Source: the human T2T-CHM13v2.0 reference genome, Homo sapiens
Reading direction: 5' to 3' (one strand)
DNA length: 64,000 nt
Assembly: GCF_009914755.1 (NCBI RefSeq)
Contig: NC_060926.1
In this document: piece after piece, positions 29,228-40,896 of the stretch
Position numbering within the stretch: position 1 is the stretch's first letter
Layout: each line of letters begins with the position of its first letter
The notes under the pieces: model-generated
Database searches by the model: none
What the model saw: only the letters and a program-made list of their open reading frames with translations
Told to the model about the DNA's origin: nothing
Translations under genes and position numbers: made by a program

Positions 29228-31785
29228 ATCTCCACATCCTTGCTAACCCTTGCTAGCACTTGCTATCTCTTGTCTCTTTTTTTAATTTATAATAGTCATT
29301 CTAACAGGTTTTAGGTGATATCTCATTGCGGTTTTGATTTGCATTTCCTTAATGATGGATGATGTTAAATGCCTTTTCATATACCTGTTGGCCATTTGTA
29401 TGTCTTCTTTGGAGAAATGTCTATTCAGATCATTTGCCCATTTTAAAATAGTGTTATATCTTTTTTTTTGCCATTGAGTTGTGTGAGTTTCTTAGATGTT
29501 TTGGATTTTGACACCTTATCAGATATACGGTTCACAAATATTTTCTCCCAATCTTTAGGCTGCCTTTTCTTTTTGTTTATTGTTTTCTTTGCTGTGTAGA
29601 AATGTTTTAGTTTGATGTTGTCCCATTTGTTTGTTTTTTCTTTTGTTGCCTGTGTTTTTGGTGTCCCATCTAAAATTTTCCCCAATGTTTTCTTTTAGGA
29701 GTTTTATGGTTTCAGGTCTTATATTTATGTCTTTAATTCCCTTTGAGTTGATTTTTGTGTGTGATGTAAGATAAGGGTCCAATTTTATTCTTTTGCATGT
29801 GGATATTCAGCTTCCCTAATACCATTTGTTAAAGAGAGACTATCCTTTTCTCATTGTGTCTTCTTGGTGCTCTTGTCAAAAATTTTTTGTCTGTAGGTGT
29901 TTGGATTTATTTTTGAGCTTTTCTGTTCCATATTTCTATGTGTTTTTCTATGACAGTGTCACACTGTTTTGAATACTATAGCTTTGTAATGTAATTTGAA
30001 GTCACTAAGTGTGGTACCTATAACTTTGTTTTCCTTTCTCAGGATTACTTTGACTATTTGGGATCTTTTGTGGTTCCATATGAATTTTTGAATTTTTTTC
30101 TACTTCAGTGAAAAATACCATTGGAATTTTGGTAAGGATTGTATTGAATCTGTATATTGCTTTGGAAAGTATGGACATTTTAATAATATCAACTCTTCCA
30201 ATTCATGAACATGGTATATCTTTCCATTTGTTTGTATCTTCAATTTCTTTTGTCATGGTTTATAGCTTTTAGTGTAGAGATCTTTCATCTCCTTGGTTAA
30301 ATTTATTCCTAAATATTTTATTGTTTTTGATGGCATTGTAAATGGTTTTTTTTTAATTTATGTTTTTGGATAAGGTTATTGGTATAAAGAAAAGTAATTA
30401 ATTTTGTATGTTAATTTTGTATTCTGCAACTTTACTGAATTCATTTATTAGTTCCAACAGAATTTTTTGAGAAGTCTTTTGGGTTTTCCATGTATAGAAT
30501 CATGTTGTCTGTAAATGTGGATAGTTTTACTTCTTCCTTTCCAATGTGAATCCCGTTTGTTTCTTTTTCTTGTCTGATTGTCTTTGGTAGTATTTCCAGC
30601 ATTAAAATGTTGAACGTAAGTGGCAAAAGTGAGCAATCTTGCATTGTACCAGATCTTAAAGAAATATCTTTCAGTTTTTCCCCTTTGATTAGCTGTGAGT
30701 TTTGGATAAATGGCCTTTATTTTGTTGAGGAAATTTCTTTCTATACCTACTTTGTTGAGAGTTTTTATCATGAAATTATGCTGAACTTCGCCAATGCTTT
30801 TTTTGCATCTATTCAGATGATCATGTGTCTCATTCACATGTCTCATTCAATTTGTCTCATTCATTTTGTTAATGTTGGGTATCACAGTAGTTGATTTGCA
30901 TGTGTTAAATCAACCTTGCACCCTAGGGATAAATCTTACTTGATCAGGATATATAATCTTTTTGATGTGTTGTTGGCTTCAGTTTGCAAGCATTTTATTG
31001 AGGATTTTTGCGTCTATGTTCATCCAAGGTATTGTTCTGTAGTTTTCTTGTGGTGTCTTTGCCTGGCTTTGGTATTATTAGGGTGATGCTGGCCTCATAC
31101 AATGAGTTTGGAAGCATTCTTTCTAATTCTATTTTTTGTAAGTGTTTAAGAGGGATTGGTATTCATTCTTTTTTGAATGTTTGGTAAAATTCAGCTGTGA
31201 AGCCATCTGGTCCTGGGATCTTCTTTTTTTGGAGGCTTTTAAATATGATTTCAATCACTTTATTTGTTATTGGTCTGTTCAGTCTTTCTATTTTATCTTG
31301 ATTTAATTTTGGCAAGTTGTACGTTTCTAGGAATTTACCCATTTCCTCTAGGTTATCCAATTTGTTGGCATGTAGTTGTTCATAATAGTCCCTTATGATA
31401 CTTTTTATTTCTGAAGTATTCATTGTAATGTCTCCACTTTTATTTTTTATTTTATTTACTTGAACCTTTTTTTTCTTAGTTTGTCTAGCTAAGGATTTGT
31501 CCATTTTGTGTATTAAAAATCTCAATTGTTAATTTTGCAGTATTTTTCTATAATTTTTGTATTCTATATTTCTGCTATGACCTTTATTACTTCCTTTCTT
31601 CTGTTAATTTTGGGTTTAGTTTGCTTTTCTTTTCCTAGTTCCTTGCAGTATAAAGTTAGATTGTTTATTTGAGATCTTTTTTTTTTTTAATGTAGGCATT
31701 TACGGCTATAAACTTCCCTTTTGGAATTCCCTTTGCTACTTCCCAAAGGCTTTAATATGTTGTATCTCCTTTTTTGTTTGTTTCA
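29228..31785 (-). mobile_element. L1MA-type ORF2 fragment
   Basis: ORF2 peptides [13 protein letters not shown] (29555-29782), EEVKLSTFTDNMILY (30441-30644), [15 protein letters not shown] (31163-31525); multiple stops. Confidence 0.9.
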
Positions 31786-31799
31786 GTAAGTTTAATGTC

Positions 31800-32436
31800 A
31801 CTGTGCTGATATACAAAAGGGTGTTGCTGTTGGTATTTAATATTCTAGTAGCCTCTTAACATTTTTAATTCTTTATCTTTGAATTTGTGTTTTAGTAAGT
31901 GAAGTCTGCTGGGACAATAGAGCGTACCCCAGGGGCTTACAGTCTTAGCTCACAGACCCCACCTCTCCTGCCTCCTTACCTCCTCTGGAAGTTTCTTGTC
32001 TGCTAGCTCTCTACCACCTGGGGGCTCAGAGGCTGCCCTGCAATGCCTGCCACCCTCTCTCTATAGTGGTAACCTGGTTGTATGGGTTGGGGTGGGATAG
32101 GAAGCGGGAGCATGTTCTGCTGTTTCTTTTTACAACTAGCAGGGGCCTGGGTGAATGTGTTGGCTGTGCGGTGGTTGCACTTGGACTTGAGAGTCTCTGC
32201 CTTGGGTTAGCAGCATCATTGGCACTTTTGGTGGGCAATTTAGTGAGAGCCTTTCACCCACCCTTGATCTAGGTTGAGTGCCTCTTGACGTAGAGGTTGC
32301 AATCCCTTGAGTGTAGCCCATCCACCACCAGTTGGGGCAGTGGGTATATGGGAAAGAGGTACTGACTTCCATATTCCCAGGGCAGGCCTCAGATTTTCAT
32401 TATGCACTGGGCCCTGCAAATTATTTAGCTGGCTCC
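31800..32436. mobile_element. MER45-family hAT-Tip100 DNA transposon
   Basis: tttatctttgaatttgtgttttagtaagtgaagtctg.. and terminal ttttcattatgcactgggccctgcaaattatttagc. Confidence 0.65.
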
Positions 32437-32734
32437 AGTCAAGGAAACTGGATATTTTTATTCCAATTCTGGAGACTCATTTTGGAGGGTTGCTTGGTGG
32501 TGATGGTGATGTTGCTAATTCCCTGGTACTATGAACCTGTGAGGCATGGTGCTAATGGCCTTTCATAGGTTTGTTATAAAGCTTTCAGGCCCAGGGATTC
32601 AGACACTGGCAGCTAGAAATCTACAAGGGCACATGGAATATTCTGAAGGATATAGGGGAAGGGAAGTGCTGACAGTGTCTATGAGACACCTTATTTTATA
32701 TAATAAACATAAATTATAGCTGCATCAAATACTT

Positions 32735-33545
32735 AAAATTTTTTTAAAAATAAAAATCTTAGATGAAAATTAGTGAAATCCAGATTGAAGAGGCCCTTTA
32801 AGCAAGACATGGAAGTGAAAAACCATAAAAGTAGACATGTATGATTACATTAGGAAATTAGAGGATAAAAATTTCATAAACAAAATTAGGACAAATGAGA
32901 CACTGGGAAAAATATGCATTCTATAAAACAGACAAAGAATAAATATCAATGATGGGCAAAGAACTGTTATAAATAGAAAACAAATAGCAAACTCTCTTGG
33001 AAGTTTTTCTATTAAAGTTGTAGCTAGGTAACTCACAGAAGAGCAAATCCAGAATGAGTAATGAACATATGAAACAGTTTTTAAACGTTAGTACTAATAA
33101 GAAAAATGCAAATTAAATATTGAGTTCTCCTTTCTCAACCATCTATTGAATTGGCAAAAACTTAAAAAGATGGATAAACTTACTGCTGGCAGGGATGTGG
33201 GAAAGGGCACTGTCATGCACTGTTTCTGGACATGTGTGTTGTGTGTTGTTACAGCCTTTTTGGAAAATAATCTGGCAATATCCACAATAAGCAAATTAAA
33301 CACACGATTTGACCCAGAAATCCTACTCCAAGAACTCTATTGTAGAGAAATCAAGCTTCAGTGTGTAAGGACGTGTATGTACATACCACCCCCAAGAATG
33401 TTTATTGTGGTATTTTTCTGGAAATAAGTTAATGCATATTAATATATTTTGCCAATTCGTAGGATGGAATGGTATGTAACCAATAAAAATAATGTATTAG
33501 TTCTATACAGATTTATACTAGTTTTGCTTTGAGAGAGTTCCATAA
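32735..33545 (+). mobile_element. Ancient L1ME-type ORF2 3' fragment
   Basis: Degenerate ORF2 C-terminus (FLENNLAIS..FDPEILLQELY..MFIV in ORF 33146-33427). Confidence 0.7.
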
Positions 33546-33571
33546 TGCATTTTTTTCTATCTTAAACTTTT

Positions 33572-33695
33572 AAAAAAAATAGACACGGTGTCTCCGTCTG
33601 TTGCCCAGGCTGGTCTTGAACTCATGGACTCAAGCACTCCTCCTGCCTTCGCCTCCCAAAGTGCTGGGATTACAAGTGTGAACCACTGCACCCAG
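33572..33695 (-). mobile_element. FLAM_C/Alu left monomer
   Basis: tgttgcccaggctggtcttgaactc..ctcccaaagtgctgggattaca. Confidence 0.85.
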
Positions 33696-34437
33696 CATAT
33701 AATGTATTTTTAAGCATGAAATGAAAGATGCCAGAAAGTACATATATATATTAATATCCTATTAAAAAGCCAAAAATTGAGGGAAAACCCTTATGTGTGT
33801 ATTGAGTGTTCTGTGAACCTAGAAAAGCAATGAAAGATTACACTAGGTTGTTAACAATAGTTTCCTGGCTGGAGGAGAGGGAAGAAGTGGAATTTAGAGG
33901 TTGAAGTGATGAAAAACGAAGGACTAGGGGAGTTTTCCACACTAACAAAAACAACACATGTTGCAGAATTTCATTTATGTGAAACTTAATACATGTGTAT
34001 GTACATACCTGTATAGACATGTATGAAGAGGTGCATTAAGGTTGGTTATAAAATATTAACTGTGGTTATCTGAAGGTGTTGAGATTTCAGGTGATTTTAC
34101 TGTTTCTCTCATAGTATCTTAGCTAATGTCACATGGCTGGTAAGTGGCAGAGCCAGGATTCAATGTATTTGACCTCAAAGTCGTTCTACTTTTACATACA
34201 GTGTACCTCTTCCCATAGGACTACAGCAATGGTCAGTTACCAACACAGGGATATAAGCAGAAACTCATTAACCAGAATAGAGGCACAAACTGGGATGTGG
34301 ATGGAGGAAGAAGGCAGTAGTCTAGTTATCAGAACTGAGACCCAAAAGTCTGTCTCTAAGAACTCAGTGTAGCTGAGTCCCTGCATGCAGGATAGAGTCA
34401 CTTACCTATATCTGGCTGAAGGTCAAGCCTCTTTTAG

Positions 34438-34925
34438 GCAGTGGTTCTACTTCTACTCATGGCTACACCTAGGAATCCACGGGAAGAGTGAGAAAATACT
34501 GATGGCTGGGCACAGTGGCTAGTGCCTGGAATCCCAGCCCATTCAGGGCCCGAGGCAGGAGGATTGCCTGAGGTCAGAAGTTTGAGACCAGCCTGGGCAA
34601 CATAGCGAGAACTTGTCTCTACAAAAGAGAAAAAAAATTAGCCAGGTGTGGTGGCGCACACCTGTAGTTCCAGCTACTTGGGAGGCTGAGGTGGGAGGAT
34701 CACTTGAACCTGGGAGTTCAAGGTTATATGAGCTATGATTGTGCCACTCCACTCCAGCTTCAGTGACAAAGTGAGCTCTGTCTCTTAAAAAAAAAAAAAA
34801 AAGCTAAAAAAATACTGATACTTGTTCCCCTCTCCCCATTTGTATTGTTAGGCCTCATTCTCATCTTGGGAATAGGGATTTTAAATTGCTCCACAGGTGT
34901 TTCTAATAGGTAGCCAGAGTGGAAG
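34438..34925. mobile_element. MER5-type DNA transposon split by AluJ
   Basis: gcagtggttct.. start; aaattgctccacaggtgtttctaataggtagccagag near the end. Confidence 0.55.
34504..34802 (+). mobile_element. AluJ
   Basis: J-type gagctatgattgtgccac; TSD aaaatactgat. Confidence 0.92.
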
Positions 34926-35008
34926 TTAATAAATGGTAAATGAATCAAGAAACATTATAGTTAAATTGTGTTAACTGTCACACATAAGAAGATGATGTGG
35001 CAGAGCAG

Positions 35009-35189
35009 CAGTTCTCAAACTTCCACGAGCGTCAGAATCACTTACAGGGCTTGTTAAAACAGATTACTGGGATCCAACCCCAGAGTTTGTGACTCTGTGG
35101 CTCTGTGGTGGGACCTGAGAATCTGCATTTCTAACAAATTCCTAGATGCAGCTGAGGCTGATCGCTGGGGCCCAGTTTGAAAACCACTG
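35009..35189. mobile_element. MER5A
   Basis: cagttctcaaactt..tcagaatcac..gaatctgcatttctaacaaattcc..tttgaaaaccactg. Confidence 0.88.
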
Positions 35190-35761
35190 ACCTGAATAGA
35201 GAAGGGACCTGAGGTCAAGGGTCCAGTGGTGGCAGATTTGAGGAGAGTGGCTGCAGAGACCGGGAACCAGGCAGGGCCTGCTGATGTGATTGACCTTTTG
35301 AATTCTCCGCACTTGATCCATTCGTCTACCTGCCACCTCCCTTCAAAGCAAGACCTACTCCAAAAGAGAGATTTAAGGATCATTAGCTGTAATGAGATTT
35401 TATACTAATAAGATTTTATTGCTAACCATAAAATATATACTCTGCCAGTTTGCCACAAAGCAGTCTGTCCTAAATGAGAGGAACCCAAGTTTGCCTGACA
35501 AAATAAACGGATGTGATACATTTTACCAAGAAGTATCTTTCATTTTTATGTTGTTTGTTGACATTCTCATTTTCTGAATTCAACAGCACATCATTAGTGT
35601 GGTTTCTAGGTAATTTTCATAATGTAGCAAGAATATAGCACTTTCCAAAAGCACTGAATTAATTGATCCAGATCAATCTTCTCAGCATCCCTGGTAAGTA
35701 ATTAGATGTATCTGTTCTACTGATAGAATCTCACTGCCTTGAAAGGAGAAAGCGAGCCGGC

Positions 35762-35772
35762 ATGACTCAGCA
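35762..35772 (+). promoter_or_regulatory. Consensus ARE/MARE (NFE2L2/BACH/AP-1) motif ATGACTCAGCA
   Basis: Exact RTGACTCAGCA match in apparently non-repeat sequence; function untested. Confidence 0.3.
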
Positions 35773-38054
35773 TGTGCTAGTAGTTAAGGCCTGTGGACTG
35801 CTGGAATATTCCTTTTGGAGTTAGTCTTCTTTCATTTGTCATCCTTCCTGAACCCTAGTGCATGCAATTAATGTGATTCAAGCATGCAAAAATTCCTGGC
35901 TGTGTGCATTCCCCACCAGCCTGTGACAGTTTAATTCCTGTTGCGTTGAACATTTGCTAAGGTTATTTTAAGTAATGGAAGCTTAATGTAAGGATATGTA
36001 GTGAGAAAATCTTATTAACCACAATTTAAAAAAATTATTTATTTTTATTTCAATAGCTTTTGGGGTACCAGTGGTTTTGGTTACATGGATGACTTACACA
36101 GTGGTGAATTCTGAGATTTTAGTGTACCCATCACCTGAGTAGTGTACATCATACCTAATGTGTATTTTTTTTTATCCCTGGCCCCCCTGCCATCCTTCCA
36201 CTTCTGGTCTCTAAAGTCCATTATATCGCTCTATATGCCCATGCATACTCACAGCTTAGCTCCCACTTAAAAGTTTGCACATACACTTTTTGATGTCACC
36301 TAGAATAATGGCATCCAGCTCGATCCAGGTTGCCACAAAGGCCATTATTTTGTTCCTTTTAATGGCCCAGTAGTATTCCATGATGGAATGGACGCCCTAT
36401 TTAATAAATTGTGCTGGGAAAATTGGCAAGCCACCATTTATTAAATAGGGTGTCCATTCCCCATTTTATGTTTTGTTTGCTTTGTTGAAGATCAGTTGGC
36501 AGTACATAGTATTTGGCTTTATTTCTCGGTTCTCTATTCTGTTCCATTGGTCTATGTCCCATTTTTATACCAGTATCATACTGTTTTGTTAACTATAGCC
36601 TTGCAGTATAATTTGAAGTCCGGTAATGTGATGCCTTCAGATTTGTTCTTTTTGCTTAGGACAGCTTTGGCTATTTGGGCTCTTTTTTGGTTCCATATGA
36701 ATTATAGAATTGTTTTTTCTAATTTTGTGAAAAATGATGTTGATATTTTGAGAGAAATTGCATTCAGTCTGTAGATTTTTTGCACAGTATGGCCTTTTTC
36801 ACAATATTGACTTTTCCAACCCATGAGCATGGGATGTATTTCCATTTGTTTGTGTCACCTATGATTTCTTTCCGCAGTGTTTTGTAGTTCTCCTTGTAGA
36901 GACCTTTCACCTCCTTGGTTAAGTATATTTCTAGGTATTTTATTTTATTTTTTGCAGCTGTTGTAAAAGGGAATGAATTCTTGATTGGATTCTCAGTTTG
37001 GTCATTTTGGTGGATAGCAGTGCTACTAATTTGTGTATATTGATTTTGAAACCTGAGACTTTATTGAATTCATTTATCAAATCTAAGAGTCTCTTGGAGG
37101 AGTCTTTAGGATTTTCTAGGTATACAATCATATCATCTGCAAACACCAATAGTTTTACTTCGTCTTTTCTGATTTGGATATCCTTTATTTCTTTCTTTGG
37201 CCTAATTGCTCTGGCTGGTAATTCCAGAACTCTGTTGAATGGGAGTGTTGATAGTGGACATCCTTGTCTTGCTTCTGTTCTCAGGGGAAATGCTTTCAAC
37301 TTTTCCCCATTCAGTATAATGTTGGCTGTGAGTTTGTCATATGGCTTTTATTATTTTTAGGTAGGTCCCTTCTATGCCTAGTTTGTTGAGAGTTTTTAGT
37401 CATAATGGGGTGCTGAATTTGTCAAATGCTTTTTCTGCAGCTATTGAGATGACCATATGGTTTTTGTTTCTAATTCTGTTTATATGATGTATCACATTTA
37501 TTGACTTGCATATGTTAAACCATCCCTGCATCCCTGGGATGAAATCCACTTGATTGTGGTGAATTATCTTTTTGATGTGCTGTTAGATTGGGTTAGCTAA
37601 TATTTTGTTGAAGCTTTTTGCATTTATGTTCATCAGGGAAATTGGTCTGTAGTTTTCTTTTTTTGTGTCCTCTCCTGGTTTTGGTATCAGGGTGATACTA
37701 GCTTCAAACAATAATTTAGGTAGGATTCCTTCTTTCTCAATCTTTTGGAATAGTTTCAGTAGGATTCATACCAATTCTTTGAATATCTGGTAGAATTCAG
37801 CTGTGAATCTATCTGGTCCTGTGCTATTTTTTGAGTGGCAATTTTAAAATTACTGATTCAATCTTGCTGCTTGTTATTGGTTTTTTGAAGGTTTCTATTT
37901 CTTCCTGATTTAATCTAGGAGGGTTGTATGTTTCCAGGAATTTGTCCATTTTCTCCAGGTTTTTTCTAGTTTGTGCATATAAGGATCTTCATAGTAGTCT
38001 CAAATGATCTTTGTATTTCTATGGCGTCAGTTGTAATGTCTCCAGTTTCATTTC

Positions 38055-38412
38055 TTTTTTGCTTTTTTTTTTGTCGTTGTTGTTTTTGTTTTTTCATACA
38101 GAATCTTACTCTGTCACCCAGGCTGGAGTGCAGTGGTATGATTTCAGGTCACTGAAACAGAATTAAATGAAATTGCTTGGGTTCAAGCAATTCTCATGTG
38201 TCAGCCTCCCAAATAGCTGGGATTAGCTGGGATTACAGGCATGCACCACCACACCTGCCTAATTTTTTTATTTTTATTTTTATTTTTTTTTTAGTAGAGA
38301 CAGGGTTTTGCCATGTTTGCCAGGCTGGTCTCTAACTCCTGACCTCAAATAATCTACCTGCCTTGGCTTCCCAAAGTGCTAGGATTACAAGTGTGAGCCA
38401 CCAGGCCCGGCC
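38055..38412 (-). mobile_element. AluS inserted in the L1PB ORF2
   Basis: Antisense dimer; TSD agtttcatttct; carries a 19-bp templated replacement and a tagctgggat duplication. Confidence 0.92.
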
Positions 38413-38964
38413 TTTGTAGTTTCATTTCTAAATGAGCTTATTTGGGTCTTTTCTCTTCTCTTCTTGATTAATCTAGCTGCTGGTCTATCAATTTTATTTA
38501 GTTTTTCAAAGAACCAGCTTTTTGTTTTATTGACCTTCTGTATTTTTTTTTCTTGGAATTTCATTTAATTCTGTTCTGATCTTTGTTATGTCTTTCCTTC
38601 TTCTAGTGTTAGGTTTAGTTTGTTCTTGTTTCTCCAGGTCCTTGAGGTGTGACATTAGATTGTCAATTTGTGCTTTTTTTTAGACTTTTTGATGTAGACA
38701 TTTAATGCTATAAACTTTCCTCCTCATACTGCTTTTGTTGTATTCCAGAAATATTTGATAAATTGTCTCATTATTATCATTCAATTCAAAGAATTTTTAA
38801 ATTTCCATCTTAATTTCATTGTGAACCCAGATATCATTGAAGAGCGGATTACTTAATTTCCATGTATTTGCATAGTTTTGAGGTTTCCTTTTGGAGTTGA
38901 TTTCTAGTTTTATTCTACTGTAGTCTGAGAAGATACTTGACATGATTTTGATTTTTAAAACAAA

Positions 38965-39636
38965 TTTTTTCGTGTTACAGAAAACTAACTTTAATTTTTG
39001 TAACTTTTTTCAAAAGGGAAAACAACACACTCCTCGGAGAAAGGTGAGAGGTTAAGAAGACAGGCTCTGGTTAAAAATTCTTATGACAGCAGCTACAGTT
39101 GATAGGCCTGCCTAGGAGAGAACACAGGCACTGCCACACCACCACAGGGGACAGCTGCTGTCTGGGTGAGCAGACCAGTTCACGTGCCACACAAGGTTGC
39201 TATAGATTGAAGTCATAAAAATCTTCCAGCTCATCATGAAACAAGTCCTACTCATCTTCAGAGTCTATCAGTTCATCATCCCCACCTGCAGCCAAAAGCA
39301 TAAGCAACATCTCGCCCAGCTCAAAGGTGACAACCTCTTCTTCATCATTGTCAGTGGGGTTGCTGTTCTCTCTTCATTGAGTTCTCAGAAATGGTTGCTT
39401 CGTTGGGCCCAGTATCTGCTTGATGTTCCCACTTTTTGTCTCTGTGGCTTCTCTCTACGGCCATCAGGGTACACATGCTTGTAAAAACAGTTCTCTCCAA
39501 ATGGGCAGCTCCCACATCCTTCATCAAAATACTTGCACACCTTGTTGCTCATTGCCTCCTTGTATTTCCGAAGGACTTTCTGCTTCTCTTTTTCTCCTCT
39601 CCTCTTTCTTTCTCTTTCTCTTCTTTCACCTCCGCC
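38965..39636 (-). pseudogene. MKRN1: Processed MKRN1 (makorin RING finger protein 1) pseudogene fragment: last C3H zinc finger, acidic tail and proximal 3'UTR
   Basis: Peptide KQKVLRKYKEAMSNKVCKYFDEGCGSCPFGENCFYKHVYPDGRREKPQRQKVGTSSRYWAQRSNHF matches the MKRN1 C-terminus. After a TGA at 39385-39387 and a small frameshift it continues DNDEEEVVTFELGEMLLMLLAAGGDDELIDSEDE..ELEDFYDFNL-stop (39200-39202). Intronless; 3'UTR ends in A6 at 38965-38970. The symbol names the parent gene. Confidence 0.93.
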
Positions 39637-40836
39637 TATGGTGGTGGACAAGGGCTTCTCCAAGGCCCTTCATGTGCACAAGGGCTGACTCTTGGAATAG
39701 AGATGAAGACTTTCTCTGCTGAGCCCAGCACTTCAGCTGTGCCTCTGCTGAAGGAAGCTTTCCACCAGTAGAAGGATCTGGTGCTTACGGGGCTGCTGTC
39801 TAGATTCTTTAGTCCCACAGGATGCTCCCTTGATGTGATGCACTCCCCTTTCTCCTAGGAATGGGCGTCCCTGGGAGCCAGACTACTGTAAGTGTTGTTG
39901 TTCCTCTGGGTCTAGCTGCCCAGTGAAGTTGCCACATTCCACACTGGTGTTGGGGAATGTCTGCAAGGGATCCAGTGATGTGACCTGTCCTCAAGTTTCC
40001 TAGCAGTGGGTTAGCAGTACCACCTCTAAATGGGGGTGGCATGGGAGTGACATAGATTCTGTGAAATTCCTTGGTTATTGGTAGCCTTAGCATGTTGGCT
40101 TTCTTGAGTGCTGCTTATAGCAGTAATGAACTGATCACGTGGACAGACTCATGACCTCCTGGTTAGTCAGAGTGGTGCAGACAGTGGTGATAGCTGAGGT
40201 CATGCAGCCATTTTCTCCTTCCGAGGTATGCAGTGTTATTATACCGGGAGATGCTGTAATGGACTGTGTTGGTTGGCCTCCGGTCAGGAGGTGACACTTG
40301 TGAGAGAGCACCAGCTGCGGTAGTAGCAGTGGGATTTTTGCTTGCCTTTTGTTGCCCAGGAGGGGTACTCTGGTTTCCCAGGCAATGGGCAGGGCCAGGA
40401 AGCTCCCAAGAGATTCTGCCCTTTGTGTTAAGCTACCTGGGTAGGTGGTGGGGCAAAGCAGCGTTGGGTCTAGGTCAGGCAGGTTTGTGCTCTGATTCTC
40501 CATGTGCAGGGCAAGCAGCAGCCCCTGTGGGTGTTGGGGACAGAAGCAGATCTCAGGCCACTGTGTTGATGTTCCAGAGGATAGCGTGCCTGCCTCTGAT
40601 GCTCAGAAAGGTTTGTGCAGGGAGTGGGGAATAGCAGGTGATGATAAGCCCCACAGTTCCTGTGTACTTGGCAAGACAGATCCAATCCCACAGTGTTCTA
40701 CTGGTAGCAGCAAGATGAATTCCAGTCAGCCTGTAATCAGAACTCGCCTCTGCCTGGAGTCATAGACTTTCCTTGTGGAAATGCTAACTTTGGCTTTCAG
40801 GCCATGCCCCTCCCTGTCCGCTGCAAAGCCAGCACC

Positions 40837-40896
40837 TGGCTCCTGCACCCACAGCTCCTGTACCCATGGCTCCTGCACCTGTGGCTCCTGCACTCA
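40837..40896. repeat. 15-bp tandem repeat x4 inside the L1 5'UTR
   Basis: tggctcctgcaccca / cagctcctgtaccca / tggctcctgcacctg / tggctcctgcactca. Confidence 0.9.

Noticed and set aside
39385-39663. MKRN1-like ORF as a functional gene
   Set aside because: 5'-truncated, no ATG, premature TGA and a downstream frameshift; treated as a pseudogene fragment.
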